Shown here one piece after another: positions 24,708 to 39,882 of a DNA stretch of 64,000 bases. Under the pieces are notes generated by a model, which searched no databases, was not told the origin of the DNA, and was given only the letters and a program-made list of their open reading frames with translations. This DNA is from Torpedo marmorata (taxonomy: Eukaryota), in the NCBI GenBank assembly GCA_977017645.1, contig OZ360228.1, forward strand, positions 79,112,001 through 79,176,000, read 5' to 3'. Each line of letters starts with the position of its first letter. The stretch's first letter is position 1. The translations under genes were made by a program, and so were the position numbers.

Positions 24708-27700
24708 TCAGCACGAATTGTCCATACTGTCCAGGGTGCCTACCTAAGATAGCCCTATTTGCCTTCATTACTCCAATTTCCTATTCATGTACCTGTTCAA
24801 ATGTTTTTTTTAAACATTGTGATTGTACCTGCCTCTACCACTTCCCCTGGCAGCTCATTCCAAATACTTCGGTGTGGAAAAATGTGCTCCTCAGGTTTCT
24901 TTTAAATCTTTCCCCTCTGATCCAAAAACTTACAGAAAGAGACAAAGAAAGTCATTAGGAAATAAAAGATGAATTATGAAAGGAGGTTGGCAAATAATAT
25001 ACAAAAGAATACTAAGAGTTTTTTCAAATATATAAAGAGTAAAAGAGAGACAAGGGTAGATATAGGACCGATTAAAAATGATGCTGGAGGAATTATAATG
25101 GGTAACCAAGAGATGGCAGAGGAACTAAATGAGTATTTTACGTCAGTCTTCACTGAGGAAGGCAATAGCAATATACCTGATATTCAGAGGATGCAGGGAA
25201 TAGAATTAAGTACAGTTAGGATTACTAGGGAGATAGTGCTTGGAAAGCTGATTGGACTAAAGATAGATAAGTCTCCGGGACCGGATGATGTGCACCCATG
25301 GGTTCTAAGGAGGTGGCTTTGGAGATTGTGGAGGCATTGGAAATGATTTTTCAGAAATCAATATACTCTGGCATGATTCCGGAGGATTGGAAGGTCGCAA
25401 ATGTAGTTCTACTGTTTAAGAAAGGAGGGAGGCAGAAAAAAGGAAATTATAGGCCTATTAGTCTGACATCAGTAGTTGGTAAGATTTTGGAGTCGATCCT
25501 CAAGGACGAGGTTATGAAATACCTCGAGATGAATGACATGATAGGTCCAAGCCAGCATGGTTTCATGAAGGGAAGATCCTGCCTGTCCAACCTATTGGAA
25601 TTTTTTGAGGAGATATCAGGTAGGATGGACAAGGGAGAGGCTGTGGATGTTGTGTATTTGGATTTTCAAAAGGCCTTTGATAAGGTGCCACATAAGAGGC
25701 TGCTTAATAAGATGAGAGCTCATGGAATTACAGGAAATATATTAGATTGGGTGGAGCATTGGCTGATAGGCAGAAAGCAAAGGGTGGGAATAAAGGGATT
25801 CTGTTCTGGTTTGTTGCTGGTAACTAGTGGTGTTCCGCAAGGCTCGGTGTTGGGACCGCTTCTTTTTACAATGTATATAGATGATTTAGATTACAGATTG
25901 AATGGTTTTGTGGCTAAGTTTGCGGATGACACCAAGATAGGTGGTGGAGTAAAAAGTGTTGAAGAAATCAAAAGGTTACAGAGAGACCTGGACAGCTTAG
26001 GAGAGAGGGCAAAGAAATGGCAGATGAGATATAATGTTGAAAAATGCACGGTTGTACATTTTGGAAGAGGAAATAAACAAGCAGATTATTATTTGGATGG
26101 GGAGAAAATTCAAAATTTGGAAGTGCAAAGGGACTTGGGGGTCCTCGTGCAGGATAACCTAAAGGTTAACCACCAGGTTGGATCGGCAGTAAAGAAAGCG
26201 AATGCTATGTTGGCATTCATTTCAAGAGGAATAATATATAAGAGTGAAGAGGTGTTGATGAGGCTCTATGGGGCACTGGTGAGACCTTATTTGGAGTACT
26301 GTGTGCAGTTTTGGGCCCCTTATCTTAGAAGGGATGTAATAATGTTGGAGAGAGTACAGAGAAGATTTACCAGGATGATTCCTGGAATGCAGGGGCTAAC
26401 ATATGAGGAGCGTTTAGCGGCTCTTGGACTGTATTCTTTGGAGTACAGAAGATTGAGAGGGGATCTCAAAGAAACATTTCGAATACTGAAAGGATTGGAC
26501 AGAGTAGATGGAAATAAGATGTTTCCCTTGGTGGGTGAATCCAGGACAAGAGGGCACAGTCTTAGAATTAGAGGGTACCCATTTAGAACAGAGATGAGGA
26601 GGAATTTCTTTAGCCAGAGGGTCGTGGATTTGTGGAATTCGTTGCCACATACAGCTGTGGAGGCCCGATCTTTGGGGGATTTTAAGGAGGAGATTGATAG
26701 GTATCTGATTGGTCAGGGTATAAAGAGATATGGGGAAAAGGCCAGAAATTGGAATTAGATCTGAGAACAGTTTAATTTAGGGTGGAGTTGCGGAACAGAC
26801 TCAATGGGCCGAATTGCCTACTTCTGTTCCTTTATCTTGTGATCTTAAATCTATGCCCTCTGGTTTTAAACTCTCCTATCGTGGGGAAAAGATTTTGAGT
26901 ATTTACCTTATCTATGTCCCTCATGATCTCACAGACCTCTATAAGGTCATCCTTCTGCCTCTTCACTCCAGGGAAACATTCCAGCCCACCCAGTTTCATC
27001 TTCTAACTCAGCAACATCCCTTGTGACTCTTTTCTGTACCCACACAATACTTCAAGTGCAGTCTCACCAATGTCATGTCCAGCTGTAATATTCTTATGTT
27101 CTTATTAACATCCCAACTCTTATACTCAATGCCCTGTCTATCTGTGTTGCCACTTTCAGGGAACTGTGTACTTGTATGTCGAGATCCCCCTGTTCAACAA
27201 TATTCCTGAGGGCCCTGTTATTCATTGTGTATGTCCTGCCCTGGTTTGCCTTTCCAAATGCATAATTTCACACGTATCTGAGTTAAATTCCATCTGCCAT
27301 TCATTTGCCAACTTTCCCAGTTGATCTATATCCTGTTGTAACCTTAGACAACCTTCTTCTTTTCCCACTACACACCAATTTTGGTGTCATCCTCAAACGT
27401 AACAATGATGCCACAATTTTCATCCAAATTGTTAATATTGATGACGAACAGCAGGAAATGCAGTACTGATCCCTAAAGTACACCACTGCTCTCAGGTCTC
27501 CAATCTGATAAATCACTCTCCACTACCACACTCTACCTCCTTCCACCAAGCCAAATTTTTATTCAATTGGCAAGCTCACTCTGGATCCTATGCAATGTAA
27601 CCTTCCAGAGCAGCCTACCATGTGAGAGCTTGTCAAAGGCCTTGCTCAAATCCAAGTAGACAGCATCTACTGCCCTGCCATGATCAATCCTCTTGGTCAC

Positions 27701-27950
27701 TTCTTCAGAAAACTCAACCAAATTCATGAGACATGATTTACCAAGCACAATGTCACACTGACTATTTCTAATCAGTGTATATCCTTCCAAATGCAGATAG
27801 ATCATGTTTTTCAGAATCCTGTCCAGAAACTTTCCCACCACTGATGTTAGACTCACCTATAAGCAAAGGAAGATACAGAAATCTCTGCCAAGGACCCAAT
27901 AATTTCTTCCCATGCTTCTCACAGTATCCATGACTGAAAGTTCCATAATT
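24708..27950 (-). mobile_element. degenerate CR1 LINE (pieces about 24708-24922 and 26845-27950) split by a younger CR1
   Basis: tcccctctgatc|...|ttaaatctatgccctctgg rejoins across the insertion. ORF 27563..27856 has LTSVVGK..DLSKAFDK. Confidence 0.8.
24923..26844 (+). mobile_element. 5'-truncated CR1 LINE, RT region with one frameshift
   Basis: ORFs 24969..25346 and 25298..26758 (GNYRPISLTS, DFQKAFDKV, SGVPQGSVLGP, FADD). tgatc is duplicated at both junctions. Confidence 0.93.
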
Positions 27951-30804
27951 GTTCAGGTACAAATTGTAGTATTCTTCATTACCCCAAGCTATTTGCAAAT
28001 TGATTATGAAGCAGATTGCATTTATATGTAAACAAATGAGGACAATCTGTGTCGGTGAGCTGTATGGAAATAAACTGAATAATGTCTAACAATATTGGCA
28101 TGAATTGAGAACAGTTAAGGCATAGTATCTGAGATTATTTTTCACATTAAAGGTTCTTGTAGCAAGGAGCAACAACGTGAGCAATTTCTGGACTTAAAAA
28201 TACAAAATTTATCTGTGATAATAAGTATTAATACATCTGCATCTGCAAAAAGTAACAACATGAACAATATACAATATTAATCTTGGATTAGTCATTACAA
28301 TGGTCAAATACTATTGCAGCAGAGATATTATTACATTTAAAATTTCAAACAATGAATTTATCTACTGATATTTTCAAGGCAAATTTCTGGATGATTAATT
28401 GTTTATTGTTTTCCTATTGGAACACAAATCATGTTCATTTTGAAAAATATTTAAATATGAATGTCACTATCTAGTTAAAAACTGTAGCATAAAATAGATT
28501 ATAATCTTATAAATCTGAATCCCATAAAAACCAGTGTCCAAACTGGCACTTATGAATCTATCTGATTTATAATAAAAAATAACCACATAACAAGAAGATA
28601 CAATTGCTGGTCCTGAATAAAACAAATATAGTATTCAGTAAAATAGTTTTCATATAATTTCTGAGAGGCTCAATTTACTAATGCTCACCACATTATCTGC
28701 AATAAATATTGGAAATAAAATAAAACAATGACTTTTGTTATATGAAATATTTTAGAATGGTCATACTTCAGGAGTACTAACTGGATTAGCAGCAACGCAT
28801 TTGTAAATGCGAACAAAGTTAAAGTCACAGATAGAAACATGAAATAGATTATATAAACAGTGCGACCTATTTGAAAACCTGCACGAAGTACCAGAGTGAA
28901 ATGTGAATTCAGGACTGTGCACGAACAAGCTCCATAAAACTTGATGGGTAAATAGTTTTGTATGATTAATTTGAGTTTTATCTCTGTTAAATCTATGGAA
29001 ACAGGATAATGTTTCACATTTACTCTGAAAATGGTCCTTTATATTCTGATTGAAGTATACTGTATTGCTGAGCATGATTTAAAATAGAATCATAATACAA
29101 TATATTCAAGTGTTAGATTATTGGTAGAATAATTTCATTCAGAAAATTGAAACACATAATGTCAAGAATACACTTTATGTTGCTTCACATTAAGATGCAT
29201 TTTGTCTCTAAAAGACAGAGAAAGATAGTGTTTTATTTTGTACCAGAACGTAATTTATTCTATAAAAATTACATTGAAACCCAATAACCTGTTGTTTTTG
29301 TCAAAATCTGAGGAGATGTTTCAAAAAATATTGTTATTGAATACCATAAATTATATAGAAACAATATTATTGCAGCTTTTAATTTTGTAAAATGCTCTGC
29401 ACATTTAGTATTAAAGTTTTTATTTTATTGCAATTCTTGTTTTTATATGTTTTGTGAATACAAAATTGGTTGATTTCCAAACTATAATCGATGTTGTGAT
29501 TACAAACATGCATTTTCTTCTGCTGCATTTAATTTAATTGTAATAATTGCTGGGGTTTTTTTTTAGAGAGCAGCCAATAAAGATATTGATTCTCTGCATA
29601 TAATGGCAGGAAAACGATAAGCATACTGACTAGGAACTCGTTTATTGCAAGCCTTAAAATGTTAATTTTGAGTATACAAGATGAGAAATTTTTATTTTAA
29701 AATATATAGATCTGTGTACATTCTGGCTTTGAAGAACATATTGGCTGATTTTCTTGTGGTGTATAAATGTTGTTTACCAACTAATTGAAATAGTTATTTT
29801 CAATGTATTCACCCTATCTGGCCAAAGTGATCATTGGAAAAGGAACTAATATTATAACCTTGAATGCAAAATCAATGCCTGCAAACCGTAGACCTGTGCA
29901 TTCCATGAGAGATATGAAATTTAAAAATAATGTTAAATATTTTTAAATAACACATTTGTACTTACCTCTGATCAGCATTCTTCTCATTCCTTAAAGTTGT
30001 GCCAGAAATGTATGTTAAATCAAAATATGATGTTTCATGGAGTTGCAAGAATATGAACTTGACAGACAACAAACATATTATATTTGCAGAATTAAAAATA
30101 TGGCTAAAATACCCAAATTCTCTCCCAATGTACAGCAATCATAAAGAATTGGGTGTAATTAAAATATAATTGTTTAATTATGGTGTTGGCCATATTCAAG
30201 AATACCAGTTGCAAGTCTCATTATTCAGGATTCTGTTTTAAGATCTGACAATGTCCCAAAAATCTATTTATATTAATACTATTTAATTAATATTTTATTT
30301 GTAAATGCATTTGAAGGGAAATATATTTAATGTTACTTGTGCTAAATGTGGCATTAATGGACCACCTGACTTTTAGCAGTTTAGAAGGTGTAAATGACAA
30401 GGTTTAAGACAATATATTTTAGAAATATTATTAGGAAACCATTTTAAAAATTCTACAAAGCAAAATGGGACATAGCTTTAGAAAAATGTATTTTATTTTT
30501 AGCCTATGCATAATATATCCAACTGTAATGTTAAATCTGGTTTTATTTACCTTGAAGTTACAACTAAAGGTTTTCAACCCTATTAGCATGGATTGGGAGG
30601 GCAGTGGGAGAGCGAATTATGATATTTAAACATAAAAGAGATGAAGTTACAAATATATTATTGCTCCAATGTCAGGATTACTAGTTTATTGTAAGAATTA
30701 TAGATTAATGAGCTAGTGCAATTTCAACAGCCCTTCCACTTGCTTCATAATTGACACAAGGATGTCATTTGATGTACAATGAACAGAATAAAGGAAAAAT
30801 TCTT

Positions 30805-31300
30805 TGCTTTTAAGCCAGTCATCTCAACCCCAAGACATCACTGCTGGTGTTCCTTACCATAATGTCCCAGGCACAACCACCTTCAACCGATTCATCAAAG
30901 ACTTTCTCTTCATCAGATGTATAATTACTAATCATTGCACAGTTTTCAACTTCATTGAAATGTCACTGGGTAATGCAGCAGTTTGCATTCAAGAAAGGCC
31001 ACGCTGACAAGAGGCAAGTAGAGCTAGGACCAGCTGGATAAAACAGTGGCTGAAATCTCCAAGGGCACCTCAGTTCTACAGCCCCTGATCTTCAACATAT
31101 TGAGTTGCCCCTGATCTTCAACATATTGAGTTGTCTGGGTATGAGAGGGGGAAAACAAGAGGGAGAGAGAGTGAAAGGTCATTTGAGGGATTTAGATGTT
31201 GGATATGGGTGAGCTAATGGATCACCCATATTCATACTAAAATATAGAACAAGTTTAAAGGTCTCAATGGCTGGTTCCTGCTCCCCTTTCTTATGTTCTT
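30805..31300 (+). mobile_element. old CR1-like LINE remnant containing a ~27-bp tandem duplication (31082-31133)
   Basis: ORF 30804..31007 (QDITAGVP..F..FIKD); tail ttcttatgttctta. Confidence 0.5.
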
Positions 31301-34300
31301 AGGTGTTTTGACACATTGGAATAATTACCTTATAGAATAATGATGTGGTAATAGTGTTCTACATTAGTTGACAAAAAACATGTACAATATGTCAGTGTAG
31401 GAGGTGGTCACACTAATGGATATGTCTTACCAGTTCTGAATTAACATTGAAGGCTGAAGCGGTTAAGCTGAAATTCCTTTCCCCTTCCCCTACACCTGTT
31501 TAGTGGATGTTTTGTTGTTTATACTGAAGAATGTATTCATTACGATGTGTATAACATAGAATTGTGCAAAAAAAACATGTATTTATTTCCCAGCAAGCAA
31601 TGAATATTGAATGGTTGTGAATCAGTAAAAATCAGAGATAGTTCAATGGCATATATTAAACATAAGTGATTTTTGTATTGTCTGAAGTGCAGTAGTTTTT
31701 TATCCAGTCACCATCGACATATGCAAGCAAGGATGTGATTTTTAATTTTCTTTTATTTTTGTTGATAACCAGTCTATGACGACATACACATCTCCTTAAA
31801 ATATGTAAAGGGCATGCACTGTACTTTCCCATGTGGCTGGAAATATTTTTCATTTGTAATTCCTAGATTTGTCTTAGATTTTCAGGTGTGTCTGAAATAT
31901 TTGCCTCACCAGTAAAAACAAAAGTATTAAAGTTATCAGCCAGCATCACAAAATGCTTTAGAGAAGTTTCAGCAAGTTTGTGGTTTGACTGCGATGTACT
32001 CTATATGTCCTTGCTTCAAATTACGTACCTCATCCTGTCCTGTAGTTGCAGCACACGCATTGCCTCATTTAAACTAGTCCTAAATCTGCTTAACATCATG
32101 TCCTTCATGTTCCCGAAAAATAAGTCCTGAATAGATATTTTGCAACAGTATGTTTAAATGCCGCAATTATGCATGCAAAAAAGGTGGAGTAGATGAGGCG
32201 TTGTGGAGGAACCCCTTTATTTTCTCCCATCTGCTTCATGAACGCAGTGTGAATGTGGTTGCAGAAGTCTATTTAAAGCAGTTGCTAATAACCTGAAAGG
32301 GTTATTTTTAAGGGGCGTGTTTCGTTCAGGATATTATACACAATGGATTTTATTTTAAAATAATGCCGGAGGAGAATAGTGTTACCACTTGCAAATCGTC
32401 GTCTAAGGATCTGTAATTAAATATTACCCACATTTTAAACTTCACTTTGTGAGAACACAAACTATAAACTATGTCTGTATGCTTCGCCTGTTATCGAAGA
32501 AGAAATTGCATTTTTTTCTCCGGCGCAATTTTATAAATTATGTCAGTAGATAAAGGAGTCCAAAGATTTTTGCCCATTATAATTTCAGCAACAGCATTAG
32601 AAACTTTGCATTGGTTAGTGGCACTTGGGGCTATTTTAATAAAACTAAATGCTAAAACGAGCATACATTTATCACAATTTTGTACAGAATGCTTTACATT
32701 TCAGTTTCTGTGAAAACTAAATTAAACTTCGCCTTAAATGGGGGTAAATTAAATTTCCATTGTTTTTGTGGACGTAGCTATATTTTGCTCCGATCTATGG
32801 AGTAAAAAAGTATGTTGGAAATCTGAAGTTTGGAAATGTGATTAATTTTTCAAAGTCTACATTTCCTGAACGTCGGATTCTGTAACAGCCGAAACTGCGG
32901 ATGATATTCGGTGCTTCAACAGTACCTTATTGCCGTAGGGAGGATGAATTACCTTGCTAAACCAAATAAAAACCTACACTCCTGAACTGCTATTCAAGGT
33001 GTATAGACTTACATGTTAATCGTCACCCATGACCTCAACAATTGTTAATAAACCTTGTTTCAGCTGCATGGTAATTTTACTCAGGCTCTATTTCATATAC
33101 GGGGAGTAATAAAAAGGGTATCGTGTCTATTGTGGTTCTCTGGGTTTGTTTTCTTTTTAAGTGCTTTTGATATTCCAAGCTACTCCTGTTGGCAGATAGG
33201 GTGGCAATTTCCCAGCTACAGACCACTCCAGTGACGCCTCAAAAGTTGTTATTCAACAATAAACGTGGTCGGAACCTGATTTTTTTGAGTTACTCACGTC
33301 ACGTTACTTACTATTTTAATGTGATGGGAGACAATCTCCAGCAAAAAAACACTTTGGCTAGAGCTGTTCTTCTGCTGCTAAATGGGTATAAAGAACGAGA
33401 AGGTCGGGGATAAATAAAACTGGCACAATAAAGGGTTTCAGCAATGCTGAACAACCATATACACTGAAACTGAATATTAACTCTCAGGATTTGATTATCA
33501 GTCTGTGGGAGACCCCACGTTCCGACTGTTGCTGTTGTCCCCTTTTCTGTCTAAATTTTAAATTAGAATAAATTTCACAAACATTAATAATGATTAAATA
33601 CGGTTTAAATGCAACCTATCTTAATGTGTCGAGCTTTCAGCCCTGTTCCTTGTCGTATGCGGTTGCACCACTTAATTCCCCAAAACTTAACAAAACCACA
33701 GCGATTAACACTGTCCAGCAGTTTGTGTTCAATGCAATAAGAAAAGGCAGACTCTCAAGATCTGTTTTAAATATGTAGGTATTTGCTTTCAAATTTTAAA
33801 GCAAATGCCTTCGTATGTTGCACACAAACATAACTTTTTATTTAAAATAGGAAGAATTTAAGCTTAATTGTCCTAAATAAATTGATCACATTTATTCTAT
33901 TTAGTACACTCGTTTAAACAGAATCACACAGCCTTGTCTCGGAAGCTTAAACCTCAAACCTTTACACCGCCCTGGTCATGTAAATACGGTCAAAGACTTT
34001 ACTTTCGAAGATTAGATTCGCCCAGCAATTAATATATTAACCTGGTATATTGGAGCTAATGCCTTTTCGTGTTTGGTTGGTATCCTCGATCTCAACAGTA
34101 ATTGTGTGAATGTTTGGATAAAGTATATAATCTTCTGTTGCATTACTATTGAAATATGGCGGATTTTCAATTAAAAGCTTTCTTCAGCTCAACAATTTCC
34201 ATAATGAAGACATGTCAAAAGTGAGTAACGTTCATTTCCTATTTCGAGCAATTAAATTCCAACCTAATCATTTTGCGAGGTACAATGCTAAATATTCACA

Positions 34301-34584
34301 CCTGCTACGATCATATACAATAACAAAGACAGAATTTTAAAAAACGAAGTGCAACTAAAAACTGAACGCTTAATGGTGTTACGAAGAAAGTAAATTGTGT
34401 TTGCACCAGGCAAGCGAGACCCAGAAAATCGGCAGGCTACTAAAATATTGTTTATTTTAAGTCACTTAACCTGTTATTTTAAATAATTGGAGGATTTCTG
34501 GTCTATAACTTTAATAAATAAACAGCGACGTTCACAAAAGTGGTATCCAGTTGTTACAAGTTCATAGTAATAAAAATGCTGGCA

Positions 34585-34646
34585 TTTAAGTAAAGAAAAC
34601 AAAAAAGCTAGAAATTCTCGCAGGTCAGGCAGCGTCTGTGGGGAGG

Positions 34647-34688
<42 letters not shown>

Positions 34689-34780
34689 CGGTCCACTGGC
34701 CTATCTGAAATGTTCTCAACGTTTGCTTTTAATTTCAGATTCCTGGGGTCTGATTTCTCTTTGTTTAAAAAAGTACTATG
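34585..34780. repeat. degenerate Penelope-end-derived element with internal (GA)n (34651-34684)
   Basis: gctagaaattctcgcaggtcaggcagcgtctgtgg resembles the PLE ends; the GA run is read directly. Confidence 0.5.
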
Positions 34781-35039
34781 GCTTTCTACTTTTATGGGCA
34801 TTGATTCCATGCATGTATTATTTATAATGAATGCTAAATGTAACAAAACGAGTTACTGATGGCCCAATTTACAAATGAACTTCACCGAGATGGCCAAGTA
34901 ATTAAAAAGGAATCTATGCCAGTAGTGTAAAATCGAGTGTTGGTTCTTTGAAAAGCGGAACTTGCCTCGAAGGAGTTAACTTGTTTTAAAAAATAACAGC
35001 AGCTCAGGCCAGAATCATGGAAAATAGAAAACCGGCAAA

Positions 35040-35380
35040 GCAGGGGAATGAAATTGGCAATAGCTGATAAGGCTGTGGAAAGCACTAGTATGAAGTAGTC
35101 GCACGCACTCAGCCTCTCTTTTTCTTACACGTACACACTCACTCACACTTGGATCTGCTTCAGATTGCTATTTTTCCACTGAGCTCGTGTTTCGTTCCTT
35201 TTTGTGTTGGCAGCCCGCTGCTGTGAAGGGATTAAACTGTATAATTTGGAAAGCAGGCATCTGCTCCAGAGCTGTGTCAGAGACTGATTGCAGCGCCGCG
35301 CTGTTCATAGCACAACTTTATCCCGATTAAAGCAATGAAAAATGCCTCCTGGCAGCTGATGCCCCCGAGTCCCTGCCTAC
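35040..35380. promoter_or_regulatory. candidate conserved enhancer about 9 kb upstream of Otx2
   Basis: Unique, balanced-composition block with a K50-homeodomain site GGATTA (35229-35234), GATA (gataag) and E-boxes (cagctg, catctg). Conservation was not verified. Confidence 0.4.
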
Positions 35381-38300
35381 CTCTTGTATTTTATGTGGTA
35401 ATGCGTTACAACACTGTAACTCTTCCCATTTATTTTCCTTGACGGCTGATCTTTTTTTTCTCTCGAAATATTATGGGGAATGATTCTTATAATTGAGGAC
35501 TTCTTTTCGCTCCAGGTGAGGTGGGATTTTTTTTGTGTCCCTACTAATTAAATGGCATCTGATACTTCGACTAATTAACTAAGAAAAATGCCCGTTCTAT
35601 TACCGGAGGAAAAATGATCCCGAGTTAATCCGTTTTAATGCTTCTGATCGAACGGCGTTCGATGACTTTACGGTCCTTTAGTTCTTATTTTGACCGCCGG
35701 TGAGGTGATAGCCGATTTAGACATAAAACTATCCAGATTTTCATTGATTTATACGACTCCTCCTACTTGTCTTCAGTTCAGGAAGTGCAGTCTGTCTCAG
35801 GAGTACATCTGGACCACGAAATAACAGGTGCCGGGCAAATGTGATCGGATCTACTTAAGGACTGAACTATCAATTTTATTTAATATGGGGCAAAAGATTA
35901 ACATTTGTAAGTGTAAATCATCAGCTGAAATGCAATTGATGGCAAATGACTGGGTGTGAGACACCGGGTAAAAGGACATCTTTTCATTCCATAATTACTT
36001 TTTTTGTGACACTGTCTTGTCAAAAATGCCAAACTGATCTATATTCCTAATATCTGTTTAAGAAATGCTAGCAAATACAGTGCTGTGGCGATATAAAAGT
36101 TTGGTAGGATATCTACAGTCTGCTAGTAGACGCGTATGTCTACTAGAAATTTACAAATTCTTGTAGACATTCGCGTTCAGTACTCTGCAGGGTTTTGGTT
36201 TAACATGTACACAACATCCTACAATGATCATTTAAATACGAGCTTAAAATGTTTAAATTCCATCGAATTATGCTTTAAAATTTCCTTCGTATTTGTCAGC
36301 AGGCTAACTCCTAGAATATTAACCCAAGCAGTCAACCAGATCTATATTCCAGAAAATAAAACGCCGGCACCATGTCACTGGCATTAGTACCTTTTTATTC
36401 TCATAACACAAAGTTTAAAAGTTCACTGAAACACGAACCATCTTTTTAGAAGATATAACCTGTCTATCATGTATTATGGAATTGAAGACACGGATAGTAA
36501 AACACTTATCCTACAAGGCGCTAGTTTCCGTTTTCTTTTCAAACTCTTTGATAAACTGTATTTATCAAAGTTATGGTATACTTCCACAGCCGTGTGTGAG
36601 TCTAACCTGGATACCAGTTGAAAAATCTTTATATTCTATAATTTATCATTCCAAATATCTATAATTCTACTATTATGAACAAATGCACCTTTATGAATTA
36701 GCCTATTGATATTATAATTTAACTGACAAATATTTAGGTCTATAAAAGCAAACATCTTAAAAGTTTTTAAAAAAACAAAGATTTCTGATGATTCGTTTCC
36801 GGTGTTGCCGTGAAAAATATTCATGCTAGATAGACTACGCCTACGTAGAACACACCAGAACAAGTTAAAGCTTCATAAATATTTGTTTTAATGATAATAA
36901 TTTAATTTTTAAAACACAATGTTTTTCAGCTAACAGCTATCCTCACATTACGTACCAAAAGGCGAATTTTGGTCAAGTAAATAAATCATCTGAAAGTAGA
37001 AACAATTTCAAAGTGATCCGTCGTACTCTGACAATCTGTGGAGTAGGAGACAATTTACTGTGCAAGAACATTTCACAGCGGAAAGCCACAAACCGTGTTC
37101 ATTTATAAAAGCACTGAAAAGTATTTTCGAAGCTTCCTTAATGGATATTTTTTTAAACCCGAGCGGAACGATTATTGGTCGCGGTGCAGACAGCAAAAGC
37201 AACCGAACATTTCAGAGACGACCTCCAGTCATTTTGTAGCTTTTGTTAACATTTATAATAGGGAAGGAAGTATTATGCAAACTAACTAAATGGACGGGCA
37301 AAGAAGGAGTGATGGATTTAGATGAAATTGAAATATAAACTATTTGATAAAAGGTAATAACCATTCATCATAATAAATTTAATTCAATTGTTTGCGGTGA
37401 CTGACTTAATACTTATAGCGGCCTTGTAAAACAAGGTGGCAAAGTTAGTTAATAATACTGCAACATTGGTAAATTAGCCATTTAAAAAAATAAAAATGCA
37501 CTAGACATGTTGACTTCTGTTGTCGTTTTGACTATTTCACTATTTATCAGTTTCGTTCTGTTTAACAAATAACACTTATCTGTGCATCTGGGTGTTATGT
37601 CATTTGTATTTTTGTGTGTTATCGTGTTAACGTATAAGGATCTGGGTGCGAACGATAGCGGCAAACGTTTACGTTTTCTGCAATTAAGCGGCAAATCTCC
37701 GAAACGGCTCCAGCCAAGTTTCCAGTCGCGAATACACCAAGTTTTGTTATTGCCTTTGCATTGGCTCGGACAATCTTATGTGGTTTTGACCGGTGTGGCG
37801 CTGTTGTGCTTTCATAGTTTTTTTTTAAATAGACGAATTTGCTCCAGCAATTCCTTCAGAACTTCTCAACTATTGCAATAACTTAGGATCATAAGTGTGT
37901 AAAAGTAAAATCGGAGGCGAGGATTCTTCATATCAGTTGGTGGTAGCTGAATGAGGAGCTTTTGTCGTCCTTGTCTCTTTACACCCTTTACTACTTAACT
38001 TTGAATTTCTCAATTCATTTGTTATTTATTTTATTAATTCCTATGAAGATACCCCGATTTGTTTATTGGGGAAAATACATTTGTTAACTCTTAAAGTTGT
38101 ATAACTGGGAGTTCTGTTTACACCCTTCAAAATATCATAGAATTACGCATGTAGGATTAAGAAAAGAGATAGAAATCTTATAGTGATTCATTTTGAGTCG
38201 GAAAGGGACCATTTTATGTGCAGAAAGTATTATTACTGTAAATTATAGTCCATGTGTGGAATCAGTGCTATGCATCATTTGTACAGGCAGACATTTAGAC

Positions 38301-38881
38301 ACTTGGACAGGACGAAGCCTCCAAATACTCAAACACTTTAATCAATTTCCCATACATTGTTTCGTTGTTACTGTGATCCATATTCCTCTTTTGACATTCC
38401 GATCTTCCGACTTTTTGGTCAAAATGCGATATTAAAGCAACGGAAACGTTTTGCTTTTATCCAGAATTAATACCTTTCAATAATTTCTTCAACAATTCGA
38501 GGTGTTTGCAATTAGCTTATCTAATATTTTTAAAATAGAGGTCCATTATAATCTTGTTTTGTGCCAGGAAATATGTGGGCCCATTTGTTTAGTTGTTTAA
38601 TAAACAGAGGTTCTACAAATGAGGAACACAGACTCACATTCGGTAACAGGGTAACAAAATAAGAAATAGTCACATCTACCAGACTTAATCAACTTAAGAA
38701 TGTTGTTAGTTTCCTAATGTGGAACTAATGTATTATTGGTCTGAATTTGAGGTGCATTTCCTATGCTTTTATCTGTAAAATTAATTTCTACTTCAAAGCA
38801 CGGAAATTGTATCCTAGAGCATACTTTACTGATAAATTCGTTTTATCAGAGTGGAGTGTTTCCAATCGACTTCGTTTTCCT

Positions 38882-38893
<12 letters not shown>

Positions 38894-38935
<42 letters not shown>
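38894..38935. repeat. (CT)n microsatellite
   Basis: Read directly. Confidence 0.95.
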
Positions 38936-39699
38936 ATGTATCTGTCAATTCATCTGCTTGCCTATATTTGTCTACCAACTGATTTACTGCAATGTAACTT
39001 TGAAAAGTCATCATTGGTATATGTCGGTTAATACTATTTTTGTCACTGGAGTTAGCCCTCTCTTGCCGATTTCAAAAACGGTTCTCTTACCTTGTGTTGC
39101 ATAGTTCCATTTCAATCTATGAATTCTTCATACTCTGGTTCATCACTGGTTGTTCTCTGACTCTATGACAGTTGTAGCCGGATTCGGTTTTTTTTTTCTG
39201 CGCCAGCTACCTGAACTATTCTACTTAATGTTTTATCACCGTGTCATTCCTGTTAATGCAGCTCTGGTTTATTCTTATCGAGATTCTTTACTCTTGCTGG
39301 TTCAGCTCAGAATCATTAACCTGATTGCTTCCTCTGTTCTCTTGGTCACGATTATTCTCTCTCCTTCCCTCCCCTCTGATTTATTTCCCCTTTCTATCGC
39401 ACATTCTCAATGGTTCTTGTTTTTTCCATCCGTCCTCTTGATTTAACCCCTAATTTCTATTTAATCTGGCCTATTTTAGTTTATTTTCATCCCAGACTAC
39501 GATGGCAATATTATTTGTCGTGTTATTCTGGCTGGCTGGTAAATGCGGGCACGTTCAGTCTTTATTTATTTCTTTCTCTTAGGATTGACGCTCCCATTTG
39601 CTTGATTTAAAAAAAAATTCTTGATTTGGGTTACTTCTCCCTGTTTTCCCTCTTGGAGTAGGGCTTCTCTCTTCCTGCTGCGTGATATTTTCTCCCTGG

Positions 39700-39882
39700 T
39701 TGTGCTGAGATGTGTCAATCATTCTCCCTTTGCTATTGGCTGCGGAGTTTGCGTCAAAAAGTTACCAGAGAGGCGCTTTCTCAGCATGTCTCAGAGAAAG
39801 GAGAGAGAGAGAGAGACACCAGTACAACTCAGCAATCTCAACCATTTTCCACTCTCAAACAACATACACCGTCTTTAAGCAG
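39700..39882 (+). promoter_or_regulatory. otx2: candidate distal Otx2 promoter / non-coding first exon
   Basis: Inverted CCAAT (39735) followed by tttgcgtcaaaaagttaccagagaggcgctttctcagca, which resembles my recollection of a mammalian OTX2 transcript 5' end. Possible weak donor cag|gttgtt at 39882/3. Confidence 0.55.
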
